Source of the DNA: Squalus acanthias | Lineage: Eukaryota | DNA length: 64,000 nt | Assembly: GCA_030390025.1 (NCBI GenBank) | Contig: CM059432.1 | Span: forward strand, 125,428,001 to 125,492,000 | Direction of reading: 5' to 3' | Part shown: positions 1 to 12,389 of the stretch, piece by piece | Position numbering within the stretch: position 1 is the first letter of the stretch | Layout: each line of letters begins with the position of its first letter | Program-made: the position numbers and the translations under genes | Notes under the pieces: generated by a model | What the model was told of the DNA's origin: nothing | The model's input: the letters and a program-made list of their open reading frames with translations, nothing else | The model's database searches: none

Positions 1-29
1 GCATGATAGGAGTTGACCCTAGAAAGGGA

Positions 30-830
30 CATATAGAAACATAGAACAGTACAGCACAGTACAGGCCCTTCGGCCCTCGATGTTGTGCCGAGCATTGTCC
101 GAGACCAAGATCAAGCTATCACACTCCCTATCACTCTGGTGTGCTCCATGTGCTTATCCAATAACCGCTTGAAAGTTCCTAAAGTGTCCGACTCCACTAT
201 CACAGCAGGCAGTCCATTCCACACCCCAACCACTCTCTGAGTAAAGAATCTACCTCGGACATCCCTTCTATATCTCCCCCCATGCACCTTATAGTTATGC
301 CCCCTTGTAACAGCTGCCTCTACCCGAGGAAATAGTCTCTGAACATCCACTCTATCTATCCCCCTCATCATCTTATAAACCTCTATTAAGTCGCCTCTCA
401 TCCTCCTCCGCTCTAAAGAGAAAAGCCCCAACTCCCTCAATCTTTCCTCATAAGACCTCCCCCCCAAACCAGGCAGCATCCTGGTAAATCTCCTTTGCAC
501 TCTTTCCAATGCTTCCACGTCCTTCTTATAGTGAGGTGACCAGAACTGCACACAATATTCCAAATGTGGTCTCACCAAGGTCCTGTACAGTTGCAGCATA
601 ACCTCACGGTTCTTAAACTCAAACCCTCTGTTAATAAATGCCAACACACCATAGGCCTTCTTTACTGCTCTATCCACTTGAGTGGCAACCTTCAGAGATC
701 TGTGGATATGAACCCCCAGATCCCTCTGCTCCTCCACGTTCCTCAGAACCCTGCCGTTGACCCTGTAATCCTTATTCAAATTTGCCCTACCAAAATGAAT
801 CACCTCGCACTTATCAGGGTTAAATTCCAA
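30..830 (-). mobile_element. CR1 LINE, 5'-truncated (ORF2 C-terminus and tail)
   Basis: ORF 111..830 has LVRPHLEYCVQFWSP, LERVQRRFTRM and LERRRMRGDLIEVYK; (CATAGAAA)n-type tail. Confidence 0.95.
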
Positions 831-892
831 TAAAAGTCCATAAAATGAACAGCTTTGGTAGTTCCTTTACTGTAGCAGTAGATTGCTGGACA

Positions 893-1140
893 TCTAAAAG
901 AGCAGGGGAGTTATCCCTGGTGTCCTGGCCAATATTTATCCCTCAATCAACATCACTAAAAAAAATTATCTGGTCATTATCACATTGCTGTTTGTGGGAG
1001 CTTGCTGTGTACAAATTGTCTGCCGTGTTTCCTGCATTACAACAGTGACTACACTTCAAAAGTAGTTAATTAGCTGTAAAGGGCTTTGAGACATCCTGAG
1101 GTCGTGAAAGACGCTATATAAATGCAAGTCTTTCTTTCTT
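893..1140 (+). mobile_element. SacSINE1/DeuSINE-like SINE, 5'-truncated
   Basis: Colinear with the 3' half of the full copy at 60467-60920; ends GCTATATAAATGCAAGTCTTTCTTT. Confidence 0.8.
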
Positions 1141-2698
1141 TAAATGGAGGGCCGGCATTTATTTGAACCTTACCATCCCCCCATGTCCGGTGTTTGTCAT
1201 GGTCTCACTGTGCCATTAGATAGAGTACTTCTTAGAAATAAAGTGTGTGTGGCAGGAAATAGCTCGTTCAACCTCAAAAATGTACCTTTCTTAACATTTT
1301 TATTACTACTATAGGGTATTATAACAGACGGCAACTGTACAGAAATTTATAGCTCAGACTCTCCTACATTTTCAAATAAAGTAGTACTGGAAAGGAGGGG
1401 AACACAACTGCAGTGTGTACAAGAATCGTGAATTCACCACAACTAGAAAATGAGGAAATTTGAAGCATTTATAGAGGAAATACAGCTTCCAGCGAACTTA
1501 GTTTCAAAAGGAACCAACGAGTTGAGTAGAGGAAGTTAGGCAGCAAGAAGCATTTTTTAAATTTATTAAAGTAGCAGGGTAATGATTGAGAAAATGAATG
1601 GCATCCAGTATATTGTTGAAAAATGATTGAAATTCTAATTCCTATTTTCATTTGCTCTTGCTTCTGGAGGTTGAAGAAAAGCCTCCATTCAGATTGTTTT
1701 GTTTGTTTGTTGAGGTACCCATTTAAATGGTCATTGCTAGTAGTTCCTTCATCAATATATTGTGGTGGTATGTTTTGATCAATACAGGGAGTGGCGTCCT
1801 TCCAGATGACTTGCTTTTGCCCCGCCAAATAACCTCATCAAATCTGGTGAGCTAGCCCCCCGAAGGAGAAAACCCAAGTAGGAACGAAGGATGAACTAGA
1901 TGGGCCGAATGACCTCCCTCATCTGTACTTATCTTTGGGAAATTTCAGCTAAGATCGTAATTAAGATCCTAATTGATGAGTGTCCAACACTCAATGCTGT
2001 AGCTACCAGAGTGGCCCAAACTGATATACATGTTTACGAATGGACCAAAATCTCTGTTGAGAATAAATCCTATATCAAATATGGAAAATATTCAGTAAAC
2101 ACAATTGTTTCGTTATTGAAAAGGCAGCGAGAAAACAGCTCAAATTGCTGGTGGGCCACTGCACCACTGGAAAGGCAGTGGGCAGGACTTCTACTGACCA
2201 ATTGGACCCATTGTCAACTGCTGCCCAAAATCCTGCGGTCGGCGATTTAGCATATTTGGGGCAGGTGCCAGTGTTGTCTTGGAGCAGCTGGGATGCCCAG
2301 AGAAATATCACTGTGCACTTTGCTAAGCCAAGGTTAAAAGGGCTGAAATACCCAGACATCCAAGTTCCTCCATTCCCAGCAGTAATTAATCATTCAGTTC
2401 ATTTTATAATTAATCACGGTGATGATCACCTGCATTGCTTCAAAGTTACTGCATGAAACTGGAAAAACCCGAGTATAGAGGGAGCTCTTATCAACTGCTC
2501 AATAGTGAGGATGAGACTCTCATTTCTTATATCCGCAAGTTTCAAAAAAACTTGCATACACACTGTTCGAACAAGATTCAGGTCCATCCTTAATGATCCA
2601 AGCAGTTGGGAACAAACATTCTGGAGAAAGACAACAGTGTTGCTCAGTTGGTCTAGTTTTCGACTCTGTGCTGCTCTAAGTGCCAGTGCTGAACCAAC

Positions 2699-2797
2699 CT
2701 GGTAAGTGTAAATCGTGATCCATCGCCATGAATCTTGGCCGTCTTGATATTCAAAACTCAGTTCCGGTTTCAGTTCTGTTTCTTCTTGTAGTGGTAT
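2699..2797 (-). CDS. SNX31: SNX31 coding exon (99 nt): IPLQEETELKPELSFEYQDGQDSWRWITIYTYQ
   Basis: ttttcttttacag|ATA...CAG|gttggt; phase 0/0. Resembles LELRFQYSEDSCWQWFVIYTKQ. I did not find the downstream exons inside the window. Confidence 0.88.
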
Positions 2798-3249
2798 CTG
2801 TAAAAGAAAACCAATGAAGCGAGAAATTATTTGCATAAAGCTAAAATTAGACAAACAGTAAAACACACTAAAAGTCATCGGCGTTGCGCTTTCTTGGAAC
2901 ATCTGGATTCCCTGAATTTAATTGCACTGTTAAACATTTCTTCAGACTGAGAGCAAAACCCTAAATATAACATCTGATTTAGATATGATTAAAAACAAAT
3001 TCTGAAAGCAATGCTCCTTTTTTCCCCCCCGCCTCATGTTGCAAGCTCCACTATTCAAAATTGCCACATTCAGATGTAAATTTGGAAACGTCTTCTCTTT
3101 CATAATTCAAGCAAGCACTAAGAGATATCTGGTCCTTCATCAATATTATGTATTGAAACAGCCTTCAGATGTACCCCACCCACACCATCACTGGTGGCAT
3201 TGCGCTTGGGCAACCAGAGGATATGCTTTTGGCTTTATGAGGAAGTAGA

Positions 3250-4297
3250 TTTGTTGAAGCATTGTTCATGGCAAGAGAGGATATTGTTGGAAGTTGCTAC
3301 TGGGTGTAAGGTACTGGGTGTGATGTGGGAAATGGCTAAATAGTTGGAGAAGTGAGAAGTTGTGGAGAGTGCGGAGTTTAGGGAGTGTGGTGAGTACTTC
3401 GGAAGGAAAGTATTGAGAATTTGGGAGGAGCTGTTGGTACTTGGGTTGCAGTAGAGAAGGGGGAGGAAAGAGTAGGGAGTAGTTGAAGGGGGGCAGAGGA
3501 AGTAATTGGCAGTGAGAAGCTAGGGAGACTGGTGTAGTGAGAAGTTGGGTTGGGGGTGTAAGCCAGTGAGAAGTTGGGTAGGTGGGTGGGAGAATTGGGA
3601 GTAATTAATATTTGGAGCGAGGACATTAGGTATGGGGACTGTTGGAAGTTGTGGAGGGCATTTGGGGAGACGATTGTAGTTGGGGAAGGTAGAGAGTGAG
3701 GTGGTAGGGATTGGAGCATAGGTAGGTTAGGAGTGAATAGGAGTAAAGCGAAAGGATAGAAGAATAGGAGAGAGATTTGGCATCATTGGGCTGCAGTTGT
3801 ATAACTCGTGCTTGTAATTTGAGAAAATAAAACCAGTGGTGTAAAAACTAGAGGCATTAGCGAGATTTTTAGTAGTGGAGTTTTTGGAAATGGTGGGTGG
3901 TGATCTGGGAGCAGAGTATGGTTGCATTTTCAATCAGGAAAGCAGCTAGGTCAAAGTGGACTCCTACTTTTCCTGGCTCCACATTAAGAACTTGCCGTTT
4001 GAAGGACCGCTGGTTAGGCCACAGCAAAAACCTGAAAGACTGAGTGGAGCCTGGCACATGCTCAGTGCTGACAAGTTTCTGAGAGTGGTCCAGAGACAGG
4101 CATTATGCCCTTCATTAGCATATGCAAGGGGCCCAACGCTCGTTTCAGATGGCTGCCAGGGACGCCTGAATATCGTCAGAGCCAATATGGCGTTGGATGT
4201 ATTTCAGGCACTCTTTGGGAACAGGATGCAACTCCATGAAATCGGTCATTTTCACCCCCCATTTTGCGCCCACAAAACGAGGCCCAATTTCTCCCGC
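3250..4297. mobile_element. Degenerate Harbinger-like MITE end preceded by a G/A-rich low-complexity tract
   Basis: ACTCCTACTTTTCCTGGCTCCA (~3960) resembles the motif at 59619-59640; ends GGCCCAATTTC like 59850-59860. Left boundary uncertain. Confidence 0.4.
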
Positions 4298-5866
4298 AAC
4301 GCTTCTACATGTGCGACAGACCATACTTGTACTAAGAGGGCTCCTTTCCCCAGGGCTTTCCCGTGCAAGCTGTCAGGTAGGTAGGCAACAGTTAAGCTTT
4401 CCTCACCTTCCAACTGTTTCTACCTCTGGGGAAACACTTCACCTCTCTCCAGCCACCCTGGCTGAGACTGGAAACTCAAATTTGAGGAACTGTAAGAATC
4501 CATATTCGACCACTTCATGGGAGCTTGGTAATTCATGAACACTCTGCTACAGTCACTTTACATATACACTCAGTGCGACTGTTTACTTGAACATTAAAAA
4601 TATCCAATTGTCCATGATGACAAAATAAATCAACTGGTATTCTATCAAGCAAAAAAGTCCAGTAAGTTTGGTGAGGTAAGGTAAGGAGGAGGCAGGCTCT
4701 GCGATTGGCATCCATGTCCCCAGGATAAGGGGGGATGGCGGGAGGGGGACAAATTAGCCTGGTATCCTGCCCATGAGCATTATTCATAGGCAGACATTAG
4801 GGAGGACAGGATCAACCTCAGCTGTGATATCTCTAACAATTGGTTAACCTGCTGGTGCTCAGGCCCTTAAATTGGATGGGGACAGCTCCCCCAGCACAAG
4901 TGTGGCAGAGCGGAGCCCTCGTCTGGGTGCCAGTGAGGCCACAGACATTGTCCCCTATACAGGAGGTGGGGTCGTTTGTCTGACCAAGGAGGGCACATCA
5001 CACCAGCAATGCCACGTCAGCAGCACCCACACCAATCGCCTAGCCGATGTGGGAGTGGCACCCAACCTCTCCAACAGGATCCCGAGGCCTGGGAAATGCT
5101 GGAAACAAAAATCAAGGCAAGTGAAAGCTTTTCCTCTATGGGAGAAATCCGAGACATTTCAAAAAGGTAACCAATACCTTCCGCATACCAACTCTCAGCT
5201 GGTGAGAGATTTGCTGAGACCTTATAAAGGCAAAATGGGCAGAATTTCCCAGGTGAAATACCGCCTTAATATCATGTGCTGGGGGCGGGGGGGGGGGGGG
5301 GGGAGGGGAGGAATGCTGATGGACAGGTGGAAGATCTGCCCCCCACCAGAATTTAAAAGGACATAACAAATGGGCAGGGTGGGGTGGGTGGCATCTGCTG
5401 AAAACCGGTTCTGCCCTAATTTCCTGCTTCCCATCACCATCACCCTTTCGGCCCTCTCAGGCCCCAGGAATTTCAGGGTCTGTCTGTAACCGCACGTACT
5501 GAAACAGTCACGAGCTAATCCCAGTATGTCAAATAAAACTGGAAAAAAAATAGCTTGGATAACCTCCCTTGATGCATGGATAACCACAGCTATCAACAAG
5601 TGAAGTAACTCATGTTATTCGAGCTGGCATGGATCTTCATCCTTCAACCTTCCCTTTCCATCAGATGTGATACTGCACCTTGGTTCAATCATGCCTGTTT
5701 TTCTGCCGTCCCCTTACAGTCCCTGGGGAACGTCGCATGTCAAATCCCGCGAATGAGAGTTTATACCCTATATCCCGGTGAGATACACTTTGCCTCCTAC
5801 CTCCCAACCAAATACCAACCCATGTCACAAGGCTACTTCCAATTATGTGCACTCACATTTTTGATA

Positions 5867-6950
5867 ATAGACATAGAAACATAGAAGATAGGAGCAGGAG
5901 TAGGCCATTCGGCCCCTCGAGCTTGCTCCGCCATTCAATGCGATCATGGCTGATCATCCAAATTCAGTACCCTGTCCCTGCTTTCTCCCCATATCCTTTG
6001 ATCCCCTTAGCCTTAAGAAATATATCTAACTCCTTCTTGAATATATTTAATGAATTGGCCTCAACTGCCTTCTGTGGTAGAGAATTCCACAGGTTCACCA
6101 CTCTCTGGGTGAAGAAATTCCTCATCTCAGTCCTAAATGGCTTACCCCTTATCCTTAGACTGTGACCACTGGTTCTGGACTGCTCCACCATCGGGAAGAG
6201 CCTTCCTGCATCTAGTCTGTCTGGTCCTGTTAGAATTTTATAAGTTTCAATGAGATCCCCTCTCATTCTTCTAAACTCTAGCGAATACAAGCCTAATCGA
6301 CCCAATCTCTCTCCATTCGCCATCCCAGGTATCAGTCTGGTGAATCTTCGCTGCACTCCCTCCATGGCAAGAACATCCTTCCTCAGATAAGGCGACCAAA
6401 ACTGCACACAATACTCAAGGTGTGGTCTCACCAAGGCCCTGTACAACTGCAGCAAGACATCCTTGCTCCTGTACTCGAATCCTCTCGCTATGAAGGCCAA
6501 CATACCATTTGCCTTCTTAACCGCCTGCTGCACCTGCATGCTTCAGCGACTGGTGCACAAGGACACCCAGGTCTCGTTGCACTTCCCCTTTTCCCAATCT
6601 ATCGCCGTTCAGATAATAATCTGCCTTCCTATTTTTGCCACCAAAGTGGATAACCTCGCATTTATCCACATTATACTGCATCTGCCATGCTTCTGCCCAA
6701 ATCATACTGGAGTTTCTCTGCATCCTCCTCACAGCACACACGCCCACCCAGCTGCGGAATCTTATCGAATGCCTTCTGGTAATCCATGTAGACAACATCC
6801 ATAGACATGCCCCTATCCATCATGTTGGTGGCCTCCTCAAAAGAATCAACTAGATTAGTCAAACATGACCTGCCCTTCACAAATTCAGGCTGACTTTCTT
6901 TGATCAGTTCATACTTATTCAAAAGCTCAGTCACTCTGTCGCTGCTCAAA
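5867..6950 (-). mobile_element. CR1 LINE fragment, internally deleted
   Basis: ORFs 5964..6539, 6517..6798 and 6671..6949 (KGRSCLTNL, DVVYMDYQKAFDK); CATAGAAACATAGAA tail. Confidence 0.95.
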
Positions 6951-7089
6951 TGTTGTTTATGCAGTTTCGATGTATTTAATATCTCAAAAGTTGCTCAAGC
7001 CTCAAAAGGTTGGTAGGAGATTTTTTTAAAACAGCAACAAACAACAATTAATTCTCTATAAACAGTCTCTTTGTTTTCTTTCCCAACAG

Positions 7090-7495
7090 TTAAATGAACC
7101 TCGAACACAAAAGCTCCTTCTCAAGATCTGCGGTTAATAGATGGACGGGATGGTGGGACGCATGCAACATCAAGAACCAACACCTCATCACTGACCCAAC
7201 AGCAGAGGTCCCTGGCTGCGACCTCCCTCGAAGACAGTGGACAGCGTTCAACCCAATCCGCACAGGGTGTGGACGATGCGGCCACCCGCTCCACAAGTGG
7301 AAGATGAGGGACGACCCAAAGTGCGACCGTGGCCATGAGTCCCGGACCATGGACCACATCATACCAGCCTGCCCACTAAGATCTGTTGCGGAAGGCGCCT
7401 CATCTCTCCACTCTGCATCTCAGGGGGCCATCGAATGGATAGCCAAACTAGACATCCCATTGTAAGACGTTCCAGTCATACGAAAGGAGTAGTAA
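7090..7495 (+). mobile_element. Vingi/Ingi-like (I group) non-LTR retrotransposon 3' fragment
   Basis: ORF 7094..7465: PGCDLPRRQW..RTGCGRCG..LHKW..PKCDxG..TMDHIIxxCP, a degenerate CCHC C-terminus; short 3' UTR with CATACGA. Confidence 0.7.
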
Positions 7496-7819
7496 CAGGT
7501 TTAAATAAATGCTAGCCTTGCCGGAAATAAAAGCTTTGGCAATTCAACCTCCATGCTTAATTTCAAAATCGTTTGGAAAAGGCAAAGAAACTTTCAGTTC
7601 CTCACAGGATGCAGCAGCATTAAAACTAAAATGGTAAATAAAATAGTACAAATTTTCACAGAGGGTCAACAGGATTCACTTCAGAAATATAACGATCCTT
7701 CCAAGAGCATGGCACAATGGTATTTTAAAAGAACTTTACATCCATCAAGAATTGCCATTTGAAAAACATGCAGATATATTTGATCAAATTTGGCTAAAAA
7801 TTTTAAAAGTACTACTCAC

Positions 7820-8023
7820 CTGTAGATTGATCCTCCAGCACCTTATTCTGTTAACCTTGAAGATGGCCTCTTTGATGTGGTTACTTGGTAACTGGATGCA
7901 GCAGTTAATTTCATCATTGCCCACGCGAACAGCGGCAGGACAGTTCGGTTCCGGATAATCACAGGTGCAGGCCTCAAACTGTAGATATCCATAGAACTTT
8001 ACTTTCGCTATAGATTCAAGGAA
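7820..8023 (-). CDS. SNX31: SNX31 coding exon (204 nt), FERM F3 lobe: FLESIAKVKFYGYLQFEACTCDYPEPNCPAAVRVGNDEINCCIQLPSNHIKEAIFKVNRIRCWRINLQ
   Basis: ttctccctcag|TTC...CAG|gtgagt; 68 open codons. YGYLQ-x-CTCDYPE, VGNxEIxCCIxLP and RxxCW fit SNX31 better than SNX17 (CVADFPE, AGNSELSLQL). Confidence 0.92.
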
Positions 8024-8056
8024 CTGAGGGAGAACAATTTAAAACAAAGAGATAAT

Positions 8057-8791
8057 GGGCCGAAAATTGATCCCGGGACGCGAGAGTACGCACTGCATAC
8101 TCTTGCGTATTCCCACTCCAATTGCCGGTTTTCTGCATGCCCTGCGCATGCGCTGAAAACCGGCAATTGCTCTTCCGAAAAGGGGGCGGGGCCGGAGTGC
8201 ATCGCGTGCGCGCTACAGGCTGCGCGCACGCTGTGCACTTCATGCTTTGGACGCGCAGGTAAGTACTGAAGATTTTGGAAATGTAAAAAGGAGGAGTAAG
8301 ACCCGCTTTTAAGAAGGTAAGTAGTGAATTAAGTATTTTTTTGAATTTTTTTTTTACAGGTATATCTTTTTTATAGACTTTAAAGACAGGTAAGTTTATT
8401 TTTATAACTTTTTAAAAGATTTTAAATTTTTTCAAAAATTTAATTTTTTATTTAAAATGGTTAATTTAATTAACTATACTTATTTTATTAATGTGATGGT
8501 TTTTTTTTTAAATTTAATTGAGGTTTAGCTGTTATTTTGGGGGGGTGTAAGATTCATAAGTCTCACAGCTATTTATGAATGGAAGATGGTGTGCTGCCAT
8601 TGGCTCTAACTGAGTCACGTGATCCCACAGCTCGCACGAATTAACTGCGCCGCTGGGATACGCAAGCCCAGCACAGCTGATGTCTGGAACATCAATTTCG
8701 TGCGAGCTGGATCAGAAAAAGCATAAGCGAGGTGAGACATCGCGGGAAAGGCTTACCCCCGCGGGAACAGAGCGAGATCAATTTCTGGGCC
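8057..8791. mobile_element. Non-autonomous DNA transposon (PIF/Harbinger-like MITE)
   Basis: Imperfect TIRs GGGCCGAAAATTGATC / GATCAATTTCTGGGCC; 3-bp TSD AAT (8054-8056, 8792-8794); GC-rich arms, AT-rich core. Confidence 0.8.
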
Positions 8792-9112
8792 AATGATTGA
8801 TATATACATTCTCTCTCTCTCTCTCAAGTTCCTGCCAGCCCAGCAGCAGTTGCTGGCAAATGCAACCTTGATTTGGGCTCTAAAAATCCAGGACTACGGG
8901 CCTGCTTTAGTGCAAGGTTGAAGCCGATTAAAAGAATAAAAATTCAGCACATTTAATTAATCCCACATATTTCAGGGATGCTTAGGTCATATAAAATCTA
9001 TTGAGATTTTGTACTGTAGAAGCTTGTATTATGGGTTTGTCCCCACCAGTACAACATATATGATGACATCAAATAACAAGAAAGGTCTATTGCAAAGATT
9101 GCTCTTTGCATA

Positions 9113-9490
9113 AAACAACAACAACTTGTATTTATATAGCGCCTTCAACATAGTAAAACGTCCCAAAGGTGCTTCACAGGAGCGTTATCAAACAAATTTT
9201 GACACCGAGCCACTTCGAGAGGTATTAGGGCAGAGCCTGGTCGAAGAGGTCGGTTTTAAGGAGCGTCTTAAAAGGAGGAGAGAGGCGGAGAGGTTTAGGG
9301 AGGGAATTCCAGAGCTTAGGGCCTCGGCAGCTGAAGGCACGGCCGCCAATGGTTGAGCGAATTAAAATCTGAGATGCTCAAGAGGGCAGAATTGGAGGAG
9401 CGCAGATATCTAGGAGGGTTGTAGGGCTGGAGGAGGTTACAGAGGTAAGGAGGGGCAAGATTTGAAAACAAGGATGAGAATTTTTTAAAT
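9113..9490 (-). mobile_element. L2 LINE 3' fragment
   Basis: (CAA)n tail with CTTGTATTTATATAGCGCC; minus-strand LAPPYLCNLLQPYNPPRYLRSS. Confidence 0.85.
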
Positions 9491-10044
9491 CGTGAAAGCA
9501 CAGAGGAACACGTCATTGAGAAATCCATTGCTTTTGTAAACAAAATAAAATGTAGCATTTGTTTTCTTCTGGTTTTCTTAGAACGGTTTGAATTTGGATG
9601 CTTAGTTTAAAATCCTTTAAAACCAAGGTTATTTTTATATTAAAAAAAGGACTATTTATTTTGTAGTAGAAATGTAGACTGTGCATTTACTTAAATCATA
9701 ACTTAAAACCAAATCATTAGATTGTAACAGGGCTTCAGTATCTAACACAGTAACTACAAACATACTAGTTAAAGATTCATGAGCCTCCATCCCATAGCTC
9801 AGCAAGGTTAGAATATTGGCAAGAAGAAAAAAAATAAAGGTTTCTTTTACTCAAACCTGTAGATGAAATCTTTAAGTGGCATTTTTCAGGCTTAAAAATA
9901 TCCATACAAATATGGGAAAATCCATCATTGGGAAGATCCCCTAATTGACTGGTGCATTGATCGTCTGTCTCAGTACAATATCTGCATAAGTGCATTGCAT
10001 CCATTTTGATTTCTTGTAGGCAAGAATAGAATCTGCCGGAGTGG

Positions 10045-10319
10045 GGCATCTTGCGGTGTGCCTGGTTATTTAGACTTTGTCCTACATCCTTCAGCTCAAA
10101 CATTATTTGCCCTGCAAGTTGCTGGAAGTGAGAGCCGATAACGGCGTGGCGAGGGAAACAGGGAACCTGGGACTTTGGTAAACAACTGTGCATCTCCTTA
10201 ATCGATAAGATTTAAGGATTGAACAAACAAAGGAAGGACGGAGAAGGAGGGTGAATTCAATGTCAAATCAGATACAGAAAGCGAAATAAAGAGAGGGAAA
10301 GAGAGGGAAAGAAAGATTG

Positions 10320-10351
<32 letters not shown>

Positions 10352-10510
10352 AAGAAAACTAGAAAAGGAAGAGTAATAATTTTTTTTAAATTGTGACGAT
10401 TCGCAGTTCACTGGGAATCTCTTTCTCACCACAAGTTGCTGGCCAATTTGCACATTAATAACGACATGCGTTGTTCACACGTCGTTACATTTTTCAGTAA
10501 ATTCCAGCCC
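10045..10510. mobile_element. Degenerate MITE related to 20065-21064, with internal (GA)n
   Basis: Shares GCATCTCCTTA and AATTCAATGYCAAATCA segments with 20065-21064; ends AAATTCCAGCCC followed by ATT. Left end uncertain. Confidence 0.5.
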
Positions 10511-10536
10511 ATTGGATTGAACAAAACTAGTCTTAC

Positions 10537-10629
10537 CTCTCTTTTCTTCCCAGCATCCTGGAAAGTTTTCAGTTGCTGGTACTGCTCCGGAGTAGGACTG
10601 GTCCAGCCTCTCTCCAGCTCGTACGTAGC
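10537..10629 (-). CDS. SNX31: SNX31 coding exon (93 nt): ATYELERGWTSPTPEQYQQLKTFQDAGKKRE
   Basis: ccaatttcag|GCT...GAG|gtaaga; phase 0/0. Resembles AIQDIEKGWAKPTQAQRQKLEAFQ. Confidence 0.88.
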
Positions 10630-10912
10630 CTGAAATTGGAAGGTGGGGCGGGGGGAAGAGAGGGAAGAAAAATAATAAAATTCCTGCTGCTTACTATTTT
10701 GCAGTCATTCCAGAGGTGATTTGCTGTAAACTTTTTGTAGAAGTGAAGTGAAATTCTGCTTCAGCTATAATTCAATTACACAACCAACAAACCGATGACA
10801 AATAATTAACCCCTCATTTTGATTACAAGGCAGTATTCCTATCAAGGGCTTCAAATAATGTCATAACTGAAAAGTTGATCCTGAGCAGTTCGTAACCATC
10901 ATCTAAACATCA

Positions 10913-11666
10913 CGGCTAAGAGCTTCTGCCTTGAGCGCAATCGGCGATCTGGGCGCAAATTGCGCTAGTTTTTCCAGAAGTGTTTTTATCTCAAGTTTCC
11001 GCTCAGTCACATTTGTATATTGCCGAACGTAAAATCTGCCATGAACCAGCTCAATAGAATGTAAGTTTTCATGAAAAAAAATTTGCATTAAAAAATATTC
11101 CTCGATACATTTAAGACCATTAACCTGGTGTAGTTTTATTAACACAGCTAATAATTGGTTTATCATAAAAAATAAGCATTTTTAATAAGTGTGTCTAGTT
11201 CACCACCCATGAGTAACCTGATTTTAAATAACTGAATAAAACTGCAGAACCATTTACTAGTTTCATTGGTGTACACTAGTCAGTTTTTTAGTAAATTAAA
11301 AAAAATTTTTTTTTTTTAAAAAGCTTTTAAAAAAGGTGCCCATTAGTGTCCTTGCACCTAAAAAAAGCAGCTTAATTTGAAGAGCCTCCCCGAAGGCCCG
11401 CAAACAGGCGCGATTAGCGGAAACTCGCCGCGGTGATTAATTCGATCCGGGGGCGGGGGGGGGGGAGCCCGTGGCCAGTTCTGTGGGTGGGGCCGGCTTC
11501 CAGTGCGATTATTTTTTAAACCAGCGCGAGAAATCGCAGAAACTCTATCTGCACCGAACATAATTTGCGCTTAAAATCCCGCGATCTTTTCCCACTGGTT
11601 TGGCCGTTTTGGGCGAATGGCGCTGAAAAAAAAAAACCAGCGCAACTTAGCGGAAACTCCTGCCCC
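10913..11666. mobile_element. GC-arm/AT-core MITE-like element
   Basis: CpG-rich ends with repeated GCGGAAACT and TTGCGC motifs around an AT-rich core; only loose terminal complementarity. Confidence 0.5.
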
Positions 11667-12389
11667 TCGAGATGGCGGCCTTGCACGAGTGTTGGAAACA
11701 TATATTGCATAAAATTTTACATCTTCACGCAGTTCCCGTCAACTTTTTCCAATTATAAATTTCCAGGTCCACATGTATAATGGAAACTGCCAATGCAAAC
11801 TTGTCACAGTGTAATTACACCTTGCTGCCAGTGGAGGTGCTGCAGGAGGGAGGAAGAGGTGTGATTGCAACATGACAATGTACACAATCAGTCTCTGTTA
11901 CAAATGTGGGCATTGGCATTTATGGTGGGAAAGGCTGACAGGAAGTGCGCACGGATGAAAGATTCTAAAATATATCTACCCACACACACACACACACACA
12001 ATGAAACTCACAAAGGCAGCTTCATTCCAATTTAATTTGTTTTGCTCGAGTGGAAGTTATACAAATAAGTGTAGATATGGATGATCCAACATTCTATGTA
12101 TACCGTGGAGTATCTTCCTGCTTTATACTCCTGTCTACTTTTTTGCTAAGTTAGCAAAAAGTGGAAAATATATCCCATGTTCGCTGTACTCCTGATAAAA
12201 AATGGACCCGTCATCTACATAATACAATTGGTGGGAGTTGAATGATGTAGCTCGTAGTGTTAGGTTGCTGTCCTGCATATTTGATATTTGGAGTCGAAAA
12301 AAAATCTCCTGGCTTTATCTTTTTAGCAATGTTATCGAAGGTTAGTCACCTGTTGCAGAAGATTGAAGAAGGTTCATAAGGTTCATAAT

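Noticed and set aside
845..2425. Next SNX31 exon (expected AFLLSSCL-like)
   Set aside because: No acceptor with a matching frame found by eye; probably left of the window.
3378..3719. Pro/Ser/Thr-rich mucin-like ORF
   Set aside because: Translation of a low-complexity G/A-rich tract; no splice or homology support.
9777..10193. 138-aa minus-strand ORF
   Set aside because: No recognisable motif, overlaps a MITE, and the flanking SNX31 exons join without it.
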